From an uncultured Verrucomicrobiales bacterium (GTDB lineage Bacteria; Verrucomicrobiota; Verrucomicrobiia; Verrucomicrobiales; DEV007): a stretch of DNA of 56,870 nucleotides. The notes under the pieces were generated by a model. It worked only from the letters and a program-made list of their open reading frames with translations. It was not told the origin of the DNA and did not search any database. The stretch is from assembly GCA_938091905.1 (NCBI GenBank), contig CALKOM010000047.1, positions 1 through 56,870 on the forward strand. The letters are read 5' to 3'. Position numbers and translations under genes: made by a program. Shown one piece after another: positions 9,601 to 18,462 of this stretch; position 1 is the first letter of the stretch, and the number at the start of each line of letters is the position of its first letter.

Positions 9601-9629
9601 TTGCCGCCATTCATGCGCCATGCCATCCT
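9601..9629 (+). promoter_or_regulatory. Putative extended -10 sigma70 promoter of the phosphatase gene
   Basis: TTGCCG-17 nt (ending TGC)-CATCCT, 5 nt before ATG 9635. Confidence 0.4.
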
Positions 9630-9634
9630 GACAG

Positions 9635-11039
9635 ATGCGAAAGAGTGGATTCTTCAAGTCTCCGGTGATCAGTCTCGCATTGCTCTTGGTGATCGTCAGT
9701 TGGGGATGGATCCAAGGAAAGGATGCCAACAAGGAGGAGCCAACTCTCAATGAGAAGGCCTCCTACCAGGCCTGGTCAGCCGCCTGCCAAACCATGCTCG
9801 AGCATCGGATAGAATTGCGTTTTCCAGGGAAGGCCCACTTGCCGTTGCCAGATCCCAATCCTATCTACCGTCTGGCAGATCTTGCTGTGAAACAGGGCGG
9901 CAATCTAAAGCCATGGGTCGGCAATAGTGCGCCTCCTCCTAGTAAAGTCACCTTTGATCCGTTTGCTCAAAAGCTCTCGCTCTCAGCAAATAGTCGCGTG
10001 GTCATTCATAGCGATTTGCACGGCGACATCCGTTCACTGATGGCCTCTCTAACAGATTTGCATAATCGCAAGATCCTCACAGGATTTAAAGTCACGGCCC
10101 CTAACACGCACCTACTCTTTCTGGGCGACTACACGGATCGAGGCCATTGCGGCGTGGAAGTCTTTTACACTTTACTAAGGCTAAGGTTGGAGAATCCTCG
10201 GCGCGTTTGGCTAGCTAGAGGGAATCATGAAGATCCTTACATGACCAATCGGTATGGCTTTGCCGAGGAAGGCATCAGGAAGTACGGCGAAGACTTTGAG
10301 CACGACCGTGTAACCAAGTTTTTTGAGTTGTTGCCATCGGTCATCTATGTTGGTACGACCGGTAATTTCCTTCAGAGCTGTCACGGTGGGATTGAACCCG
10401 GCTATGATCCGAGGACGCTGCTTAGGAGCAGAGGTTCTCCGAGCTATCAGCGGTTAGGCACGCTGACACGGAAGAAGTTTCGCCAGAGACACAAAGACCT
10501 ATTCGACAAGGCCTTTCACACTGACTACCGCAAAAAACTCGAAACCGCATTCGTCGACTTTCGACCCTGGCCAGCCTCGGACCCTTGGTTTCATGTGGCA
10601 CGACTTCACACTTTATCAGGACGAGCCGGGCCTTGAGATCGAGCCTCATAGCGCCAGCCGCCTCCGGTTTGGCTACCCGCTCACGCAAAGCATTCTGAAG
10701 TTGCAATCCACGCCCAGTGCACGGATAAGGGGCATTCTTCGGGCCCACCAACATTCGTCCGATCTCACGCCGATCATGGAACGGCTGATAACTTCCAAGG
10801 GGCTCTTCCGTCATTGGCAGGAGAAAGAGATTGCTTCAGAACTGGATCCGCCGCCGCCGATGGAATCACAAACAGTGCGACCCATCGTCGACGGCAGCGT
10901 GTATACATTTAACGTTTCTCCAGACAGCATCTATGGGGTGAACTGTGAGTACGACTTCCACACTTACGGTATCCTTACACTTGCCGCAAGCTTTGCTCAA
11001 TGGAGGATGCAGGTCGTGAATTTAGAGGTGGTGCACTAA
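9635..11039 (+). pseudogene. Exported PPP-family Ser/Thr phosphatase (metallophosphoesterase), split by one frameshift near 10530-10590
   Basis: SDLHGD, GDYTDRG, RGNHE, HGG in ORF 9635-10636; FMWHDF, FG, ILRAHQH in ORF 10593-11039; N-terminal hydrophobic signal. Confidence 0.8.
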
Positions 11040-11087
11040 GCTATACACCGGTGCCCCACAAGGTAGCAGGACCTACATTAAGAAGGT

Positions 11088-12113
11088 TTAGATCAGTTTC
11101 GTGACCCCGGGTACCGCCGGCGGATCGACTGGCAATTTGCCAAACTTGTAGTCGGCGGGCGAGAGATCGAGCATCGATTTCTTGAGTGCCCATTCCCACT
11201 TCATGGAACGTCCCGTGTAGGCAGCCATACGGCCAGCAATCGCGCTCATCGTGCTTTCAGCTACCTGGACGCCTTCATTCACCGCATCGCCATTGCGAAT
11301 ACTATTGATAAGATTGGCGTGCTCTTGCACGTAGGGGTCGTTGCGCTCGCCATCATATTCGTAGGCCTTGGGTCCGGTGATTTCGCCTTTGCTACCGTCG
11401 AGATAGACTTGGCCTTTCGTACCGACCAAACGTTCCGCGACATTGAACGATGCTCCAGACTGCTGTCTGCAGGTGCTCGTGACCCGCACGCCATTCTCAA
11501 ACTCAAACTCGGTGGCAAAATGATCGTAACCATTGCCATACTGAGGCTGGACCCGCTCTTGGCGGCCGCCTTGACCCATGACCATCTTAGGCGCGCTTCC
11601 AATGGCCCAGTGGATGATATCGATGTTATGAACGTGTTGCTCGCAGATGTGATCGCCTGAAAGCCAGACGTGGAAGAGCCAGTTGCGACACTGATACTCC
11701 ATGTCACTCCATTTGCCAGCTTGGTAGGTTTCCCAATACTTTTTGGCATCCTCCACCCAAAGTGGCCCCATGTTCCAATAACACTGACCCGAGACGATCT
11801 CGCCAATGGCACCGTCGTGCACACGCTTGAGAATCTCGCGGTAGTGGTTCTGATGGCGGCGTTGAGTTCCCGCAACCACTGACAGATTCTTCTTCTTAGC
11901 TTCCTCAGCAGCCGCCATCACCCGGCGAATCCCTGGAGGATCGACAGCCGCAGGCTTCTCCATAAAGACATGTTTGTTTGCCTTCACCGCTGCCTCAAAA
12001 TGCTGCGGTCGGAATCCTGGCGGTGTTGCTAGGATCACCATGTCGATCCCGCTATCGATCACTTTTTGAAAGCAATCAAACCCGGCGAAACGACGTTCCT
12101 GTGGCACGTCCAT
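11088..12113 (-). CDS. Gfo/Idh/MocA family oxidoreductase, N-terminally truncated (possible pseudogene)
   Basis: VILATPPGFRPQHF, HVFMEKP, GTQRRH, SGDHICEQHVHNID; the GxGxxG Rossmann start is absent. Confidence 0.8.
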   Translation of the reverse strand: MDVPQERRFAGFDCFQKVIDSGIDMVILATPPGFRPQHFEAAVKANKHVFMEKPAAVDPPGIRRVMAAAEEAKKKNLSVVAGTQRRHQNHYREILKRVHDGAIGEIVSGQCYWNMGPLWVEDAKKYWETYQAGKWSDMEYQCRNWLFHVWLSGDHICEQHVHNIDIIHWAIGSAPKMVMGQGGRQERVQPQYGNGYDHFATEFEFENGVRVTSTCRQQSGASFNVAERLVGTKGQVYLDGSKGEITGPKAYEYDGERNDPYVQEHANLINSIRNGDAVNEGVQVAESTMSAIAGRMAAYTGRSMKWEWALKKSMLDLSPADYKFGKLPVDPPAVPGVTKLI

Positions 12114-12133
12114 CTTTGCGCTAAGCGAAGGGA

Positions 12134-13387
12134 CTAGAGTTCGTTCTCCAATTGGAGGAAACAAGCCTCAGCCCAATTGGCATCATCGCCGAGGTCGAGA
12201 CCTCCTGCAGCGGGTTCGACCGTGAGGGTAAGCGATTGTACGTCTTCGACTTCTAGTTTGATGAACTTAGCAGGGTCCCCACTGCCCAGGCGTTCCCGAA
12301 ACAGCTCTTCTTTACCGGCCCGAATCACAAAGGCGCAGTCGCCTGCGGGCGCGCGTTGGGCATCGATCCCGATGGTCGCCGTAAAGAGGGTGTATCTGGC
12401 GTCGTTGGCAAAAGTGAGCGTCGTACCACTAGCGACACCGAGACCTTTCTCGAAACGATCCTGCCCGAGGCGCATAGCATTGCCTCTCACATTTAGATCG
12501 CGTTTCCAGGTCCGAGGGAACGCATAGATCGCTTCGGTCTCTGCTTGGGTCGGCTCAAGATCGGAGAGGTAGTGAAGGAGATCGGATTCGATCGTGAGAC
12601 GACGGACTTGATTCCAGGCAAGGTAGATCCGCATGCCTTCACCCAGCTCCATGTCCAATTGACCATCCGCAAGCGCGGCCAGATTGCCCGAAATGAGCGA
12701 GCCATCACTTAAAGTTAGGCGACTCGTAATCCAGGAATCGGACTCTGGTTCGAACGGAGGGGAAGCGAGGAGCACACCATGGACCTGAGCGGCTGGAAGT
12801 ACTTTCAACTCGCCCTCCTGATCGAATGTTAGCCCTTGTGCATCAAGTTCATCGATGAGGCCGTTCACTTCTTGCATTTCCGTTGTACCAGTACCCGTGA
12901 CGTAGATCGTGTCTTCCTCAAGCTCAACATAGGAGCGTACCGCTCTCGCAAATCGAGAATCTGGATTCGCCCGGCCGAGACGGACTGCCCAGACAAGATC
13001 GATAGGCACCTCGAGTTTACCGAGAACCGGGTTGTCAATCTGATAGTTTTCGTCAGCGAGCTTGAGGATATTGGTGGTGAAACGGCTGCCATTGGTCAAC
13101 CACACGGTGTAGGCTGCAGGTATGATGTCCTCAGCTTGAGTGCTAGGGACAATGGCTCGCAGTTTCTCAAGCGGCCAAGGGTCTTGCCCTCCAAGATCAA
13201 GGCCGCTCTCTGCAGTGATTCGTTGGACTTTGCCCTCAACAAGATCTCCTTCGAGAGTGATGACGTGATCGGCTCGGAGATTGGCTTGGAAGCCGATCAT
13301 GAGTACGCCTGCGGCAATCAACGCGACTCGCATCAAATCACGGCGATAACGGAACATCGCCCTCCGGGATGGAATTGGGGACTGCAT
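12134..13387 (-). CDS. Secreted NPCBM/NEW2 domain-containing protein
   Basis: Signal peptide; C-terminal YLSDLEP...FEKGLGV...FTATIGID...LTLTVE..GDDANWAEA. Confidence 0.8.
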   Translation of the reverse strand: MQSPIPSRRAMFRYRRDLMRVALIAAGVLMIGFQANLRADHVITLEGDLVEGKVQRITAESGLDLGGQDPWPLEKLRAIVPSTQAEDIIPAAYTVWLTNGSRFTTNILKLADENYQIDNPVLGKLEVPIDLVWAVRLGRANPDSRFARAVRSYVELEEDTIYVTGTGTTEMQEVNGLIDELDAQGLTFDQEGELKVLPAAQVHGVLLASPPFEPESDSWITSRLTLSDGSLISGNLAALADGQLDMELGEGMRIYLAWNQVRRLTIESDLLHYLSDLEPTQAETEAIYAFPRTWKRDLNVRGNAMRLGQDRFEKGLGVASGTTLTFANDARYTLFTATIGIDAQRAPAGDCAFVIRAGKEELFRERLGSGDPAKFIKLEVEDVQSLTLTVEPAAGGLDLGDDANWAEACFLQLENEL

Positions 13388-13395
13388 TGCCTGGT

Positions 13396-14454
13396 CTATT
13401 CGTTGTCCTCCTCGCCGCCGTCTTCCCCTTCCTGGAGGTCCTTGAAATACTGCTCCACCAATTCCCGATAGCGGGGCGGGTATTTGGATTTCAGGCCTGA
13501 CAACGCATCCATTTCACGATCGCGCTTCCGGAGATCATCCCAGGCGCTCTTGGCAGCTCCACGAAGATCGCGCACTTTTTTAGGATCGTTTTGGGCAGAA
13601 GCATTACCACCAGGTTGCTGGCCCTGACCTTGGCCTTGTTGCTGACCTGGTTGTTGCTGCTGGCCCTGACCTTGGCCCTGGCCTTGCTGTTGTTGCTGCT
13701 GCTGTTGTTGTTGCTCAGCCTGCTCGATGATCTTGTCTAACATCGCAACGATCTCTTTCTGAACTCCCTGCGTTTGCTCGCCGGAGTCTTCGAAACCCAA
13801 GCGACGATGCGAGTAATCCATATGCTCCGCGATGTCCTCGACGCTACCATCGAGCACACCAGTGATACCGTCCAAAGTCGCTTGAGCAGACAATCGTAGC
13901 CGATCTGAAGCGTCGGGATAGTCTTCAAGAAACTGAGCTAACAACGCAATTCCCGCTTCCTTCTCCAGGCTATTTGCTTTGGCCACGCCTTGATAATAAA
14001 GAATATCACCATCGCGGATGGTGTGGTCGACGAATTCACCACTCAGACTCTCCAAATAGGGAAGACACTCTTCATAGCGTTGCTGCGAAAAGAGAGTCCG
14101 GCCAAGCACATAGTTTGCTTCAGCAGCAAAGAAACGATCCTTCGATCGCGTCAGCTTGTAGAGCTGCTGTAGGCCCTTGTGGCCGTCACCTTCGCTGACT
14201 TTAGCGGCAGCTTCACCCAGCTCAGGATAAAGCGCCTGCAAGGCCAGTGCCATGCTCACGGTGAGTAGCGAGTCTTGTTTCTTGGCCTCGGAAATGGCAG
14301 TGGTCGCTGCTTGCTTTCGCTCGGCAGAGATCGCTTCATTATTCATGAAAGAATCGACAAATCTTTGGAAGACGGCATCTTCGTCGTCTTGTTGAGCTTG
14401 GCTCGTGCCTAGCATCAGGCATGTCGCCAATAATAACATTTTAGTCAATCGCAT
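13396..14454 (-). CDS. Secreted TPR-like protein with Gln/Gly-rich linker and conserved C-terminal helix
   Basis: Signal peptide, TPR-like helices (AEANYVLG, ILYYQG), polyQ/G, YPPRYRELVEQYFKDL. Confidence 0.75.
   Translation of the reverse strand: MRLTKMLLLATCLMLGTSQAQQDDEDAVFQRFVDSFMNNEAISAERKQAATTAISEAKKQDSLLTVSMALALQALYPELGEAAAKVSEGDGHKGLQQLYKLTRSKDRFFAAEANYVLGRTLFSQQRYEECLPYLESLSGEFVDHTIRDGDILYYQGVAKANSLEKEAGIALLAQFLEDYPDASDRLRLSAQATLDGITGVLDGSVEDIAEHMDYSHRRLGFEDSGEQTQGVQKEIVAMLDKIIEQAEQQQQQQQQQQGQGQGQGQQQQPGQQQGQGQGQQPGGNASAQNDPKKVRDLRGAAKSAWDDLRKRDREMDALSGLKSKYPPRYRELVEQYFKDLQEGEDGGEEDNE
13614..13715 (-). repeat. Low-complexity CAG/CAA/GGC repeat encoding a polyQ-(QG)n linker
   Basis: Encodes QQQQQQQQQQGQGQGQGQQQQPGQQQGQGQGQQP. 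Confidence 0.85.
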
Positions 14455-16273
14455 TGGGATCCTCCTGCGTCATCGTGGGTTGCAATTGCGTCGCCAATTG
14501 GCGCGTCATGTTGGTCAATTTGTCCTGCATGGCGGCGGCATTATCATAGCGGTCCTCCAATAGATCAGCGAATTCCGGTTGAGCCTTGCCAACTTCCATC
14601 GCGGTGGTCTGTCGATTGATCCGCTGCTGCGTGAGCCGGAGAAGCTTCAACTCCGCAAGCGGCGGGAAGAGGCTTTGACGTTGTTGCTGCGGTTGACCAC
14701 CTTGCTGGGGTTGACCACCTTGCTGGGGTTGGCCCATTTGGGTGTTTTCTAACGAAGCAACCAACTCCTGCAACGTAGTCTCGATTTCGATATGCGCCTC
14801 ACGCACGAGCAGACCCGTCTGTTGACGCTCCATCATCTCAGAAACGTTAGCGATCTCCGTTTGAAGGAAACCAACAACATCGCGGAAGACAATACTCGTG
14901 CCGTCATCGATCAAGAGCTGTTCAGCGGCCTGAGCATCTTCTTCCAGCGACCGCTCTTCCTTGGCCCACTTACGAAGTTCGATTCGATCCGCACGACGCA
15001 AACGTTCCGCATCACCACGACGTTCAGCAATGGCTTTCGTAGCCCCCGTCACGCTGCGCTGCGTTTCTAACATCTTCTGAAACACCTCGGCCAGCTTGAC
15101 GATCTGTTCTTCCTGCGCCTGGTCTCGCAACTCGTTCAACTGGCGCTCCACCTCTTCTTTCGCCTTCTGCAGTTCCTCCTGCGCATTCTCCTGATTCTCT
15201 CCAGCCTTGCCCGCCTGATTCTGACCTAACTGTTGCGCCGCCTGATTCATTTGTTCCTGCGCTTTTTGGACACTCGCCGCTGGGGAATCTTCGCCATCTT
15301 TTGGCTCGCCGGCTTCAGCCATCTCTTGAGCAAGTTCATCGGTTTCACCAGCCGTTTCGCTCTGTTTCTCGGAGAGCTTACCGGCAGCTTCCTCACCAGC
15401 CATCTTGGCGAGTTGCTCCTTCTCTTGTTCAAGCGCCTTCAGCGCTTTCTTCAGACCCTCAATGGCTTTCTTCTCGGAGACAGCCGCCTCCTTAGGTTTG
15501 GCTTGGCCTAACTGATTCTCAGCCTCACGTTGACTGTTAGCAGCCTTACTCAGCGCCGATGACGCTTTCCCTTCGGAATCCGTTTCCTCGGCAAGCGCTT
15601 TCGTCTCTTGGCGAAGCTCAGCTTGCTCATCGGCCATCTGGTCGAGTGCATCGACATCGCTGCCGTTACTAACCTCAGTTCGGGCTAACAGCTCTTCCTG
15701 CTTCTTAATCAGATCCTGCGCCTTCTTCATCTTCGCGTCTAAAACCTCTTCCGCTTTCTTGGGATCCTCGAGAATCTCGGTTTCTTCCTGCAGCTCGGCC
15801 TCCTGTTTGATCAGGCCTTCAAGCGATTCTTTCCATTTCTCAAGTTGCTCAATCTCACGCTGGAGACGCTCATACTCACTTTCCTCATAGAGAAGGAGGT
15901 CAATGAGCGCTTTAAGATCACCGACGACTTGGCCTTGCTCTTCCGTCGCACTCTCAAGCTTGGCGGCGTCTAACAACGCTGTGATCTGATCCATGCGCTG
16001 CATGAGCAAAAGCTCTTTGGACTGCTTAAACGCGTCTTCGAGCTTCTTGGCTTGATCGGGCTGTTCTTCACGGAGTTTGGAAGCGAGTTCGGTAAACTTG
16101 GATTCCAAGTCGTTCATCAATCGCTTGATACGCTGCTGCCTAGCACCTAACAAACTGGTATCGTCGGTACCTTGCGCCTCCGCAACAAGGCCACCAGCCA
16201 CGAGATCCTGAGCAGACAGTGGCTCACAGACAAAGAGTCCCAACAGACTGGTAAGGAGGACAGGGATTCTCAT
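14441..16273 (-). CDS. Secreted coiled-coil protein (DUF4175-like central/C-terminal part)
   Basis: Signal peptide, long E/Q/K/A heptads, PPLAELKLLR motif; ATGA overlap with upstream gene. Confidence 0.7.
   Translation of the reverse strand: MRIPVLLTSLLGLFVCEPLSAQDLVAGGLVAEAQGTDDTSLLGARQQRIKRLMNDLESKFTELASKLREEQPDQAKKLEDAFKQSKELLLMQRMDQITALLDAAKLESATEEQGQVVGDLKALIDLLLYEESEYERLQREIEQLEKWKESLEGLIKQEAELQEETEILEDPKKAEEVLDAKMKKAQDLIKKQEELLARTEVSNGSDVDALDQMADEQAELRQETKALAEETDSEGKASSALSKAANSQREAENQLGQAKPKEAAVSEKKAIEGLKKALKALEQEKEQLAKMAGEEAAGKLSEKQSETAGETDELAQEMAEAGEPKDGEDSPAASVQKAQEQMNQAAQQLGQNQAGKAGENQENAQEELQKAKEEVERQLNELRDQAQEEQIVKLAEVFQKMLETQRSVTGATKAIAERRGDAERLRRADRIELRKWAKEERSLEEDAQAAEQLLIDDGTSIVFRDVVGFLQTEIANVSEMMERQQTGLLVREAHIEIETTLQELVASLENTQMGQPQQGGQPQQGGQPQQQRQSLFPPLAELKLLRLTQQRINRQTTAMEVGKAQPEFADLLEDRYDNAAAMQDKLTNMTRQLATQLQPTMTQEDPNAID
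14691..14731. repeat. 18-bp in-frame tandem repeat (2.3 copies)
   Basis: GGTTGACCACCTTGCTGG x2 plus partial; encodes (GQPQQG)n. Confidence 0.85.
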
Positions 16274-18453
16274 GGCTTCGGCTGTTTGGGTTCTAAGACA
16301 TTCTCTAACAACTTCGCTTTCTCCGTATCGGTACGCGTGCGGAGATCTTGCTGAGATTTCTGAATTTCGTAAAGGAGGTTTACGGCTTGCTGATAGCTCT
16401 CGTTCTTCACCATGTGGACGAGAATCGCCCTCAGTTGCTTCAAGGCAGATTGCTGATTCGTCACGGCCGCTGTAAAGAGCACCTTCCGCTCTTCGATCTC
16501 CTTGCTTCTGCGCACGCGCTCTAGGTATTCAGAAGCGAGAGCGAGTTCATTCCGGGTAAGATCGTCGAGTGGCTCGATGATGCGCTCGCGAAGGCGCTCT
16601 TGGAGCACCCCATCCTTCTCCTCGAGCTTGTTATTCCCAATCTCCAGGATCATCCCTCGCAAACGCTCAACGATGGGAAGGATGTTTTTAACCAAGAGCT
16701 TCTGCTTCTTCTGAGAACGCACGACTTGACTGCGCTGTTCACTTGTAAGATCACCCACACTTCGGGTTTCAGCGAGCAGCCCCTGGCATTCTGTAAGGAG
16801 TAGATCTTGGGTATCCACGATACCGGCAAGCAGTTCCCGCTGCGCTTTCTCTCGACGTAGGAGGTCATCCCGCATTTCCGCCTCGCTTACCACACGCACG
16901 ATCAGCTCAGTGGACTTGCCAACTTTAGGTCCCGAAACCAGATCATTGTCGCTTGCCTGAAATCGAAGACTCAGACGAGAACCCACGGGAATGTCCAGGG
17001 ATTCAATGTCAAACGCCTCGTCAAGTTCCATCGCTGGCTTACCTAACTCATTTGCAGCGCCGGCGGGTGTGTGCTCACCGGTCGTCTCATTGGCTTCGCT
17101 CGTGTCTTCCCGCCATTGCCAAGACAACTTGACTTCTTCCAATGAGAAGTCGTCCGACAATGTCGCTTTGAAAGGCAACCGGGCGCGCGCGACGACCATA
17201 CCACTGACACCGTGAAGACGAGCTTTTATCTGGGGCGTCTCATCGTCCTTCAGGCGAAGCTTAAAACGAAGTGGCTCGCGTGTGTCCAGTCCCTCGAGAT
17301 CTTCCAGTTCCACTGTGTAAGAGCCAGAAGCCAACTCATCAGCAGCAACTTCGCCCGCAAACGCGTTCTCGCGAATCTGTAAGAGCCACTTGGTCTCGCC
17401 AGACACAATGTTCGCCTTAGCCAGTGGCTTGTCAGCCACACCTTTCAATCCGAGACTCGATCCTTTGAGTACATAATACGGCCCCTCACCCGGTGGGAGC
17501 TCTTGAATAGCCGTGCCTGTATACTCTGGCGGCTTGGTCATAAGCCTGATGCTGTTGATCTCTGGGCGCTGCTGTAAAGCGATCCGATACCATTCGCTTT
17601 TGATCTTCTTGGTGGAGAGTCGGAACTCTAACGGTTCGGTCACACTAATCATCTGGTGCCCGAAAGACTTACCATCATCGGCACGATCCATCAATTCCAG
17701 ACGCCTTCCTGCTCCGCTGCGAAACTCAACCTTAGCCGACTCTGGCAAATATCGATAACCTTCCCGAACCACAGCAGTCAGTTGATAATCATCACCGCGT
17801 GGGATGCGTAAGGTCTGTCCCTCTGCATTGGCAACGTCGAAGTAGTAGTCCTGAGGCCACGCCGCATTACCTAATAAGACATTACGATTCAGCCACGTGC
17901 TCATAGTGTTTGTCTTCACGCAGGCAACACCTAGAACAACGCTCCCTAACAAGAGGACAGCGAGAAAGCAAAGGTTGGTCACAAACCGACCGTGACGCAA
18001 GACACCATCGAGAGACAGCTCCTCACTGACGGCAAGCCCTTTAGCAATAGACTCCTTGACCAACCCAGGGGCCACGTTGGGCTGCTTGCTCCAATCCGTA
18101 TGAGAGAACTCCAGCGCACTGATCAGCTCTTCGGAATACTCCCCATGCTTCTCCATCTCGAGACAGAGCGCCTCATCGGTCAGCTTCGCTTTCAACGGAC
18201 GCACCAGATGACGCCAGGCCACCCAGAGCAGCACACCAATCATGATTACTAACATGATCCCTCTCTGGGCCCGGTCCATGCGGAAAAACCAGTCAATTAG
18301 AAGATCCAAGGCAATGAGCGCAAAGGCCACACCAATCACTCGGATAAGACCATCAACTGTGAACCACAAAGTGACACGACGACGTAACCTGCCCAGCTTG
18401 TCCGTGAGGACCTGCGGAAGCTTGTCAAGTGAGGTTAAGGCGTCGCTACTCAT
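16270..18453 (-). CDS. Membrane protein with Ig-like modules (DUF4175-like N-terminal part)
   Basis: LRRRVTLW + TMs, PPEYTG, DETPQI...SDDFSL, ASDND modules. Confidence 0.75.
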   Translation of the reverse strand: MSSDALTSLDKLPQVLTDKLGRLRRRVTLWFTVDGLIRVIGVAFALIALDLLIDWFFRMDRAQRGIMLVIMIGVLLWVAWRHLVRPLKAKLTDEALCLEMEKHGEYSEELISALEFSHTDWSKQPNVAPGLVKESIAKGLAVSEELSLDGVLRHGRFVTNLCFLAVLLLGSVVLGVACVKTNTMSTWLNRNVLLGNAAWPQDYYFDVANAEGQTLRIPRGDDYQLTAVVREGYRYLPESAKVEFRSGAGRRLELMDRADDGKSFGHQMISVTEPLEFRLSTKKIKSEWYRIALQQRPEINSIRLMTKPPEYTGTAIQELPPGEGPYYVLKGSSLGLKGVADKPLAKANIVSGETKWLLQIRENAFAGEVAADELASGSYTVELEDLEGLDTREPLRFKLRLKDDETPQIKARLHGVSGMVVARARLPFKATLSDDFSLEEVKLSWQWREDTSEANETTGEHTPAGAANELGKPAMELDEAFDIESLDIPVGSRLSLRFQASDNDLVSGPKVGKSTELIVRVVSEAEMRDDLLRREKAQRELLAGIVDTQDLLLTECQGLLAETRSVGDLTSEQRSQVVRSQKKQKLLVKNILPIVERLRGMILEIGNNKLEEKDGVLQERLRERIIEPLDDLTRNELALASEYLERVRRSKEIEERKVLFTAAVTNQQSALKQLRAILVHMVKNESYQQAVNLLYEIQKSQQDLRTRTDTEKAKLLENVLEPKQPKP

Positions 18454-18462
18454 GGGGTATCG

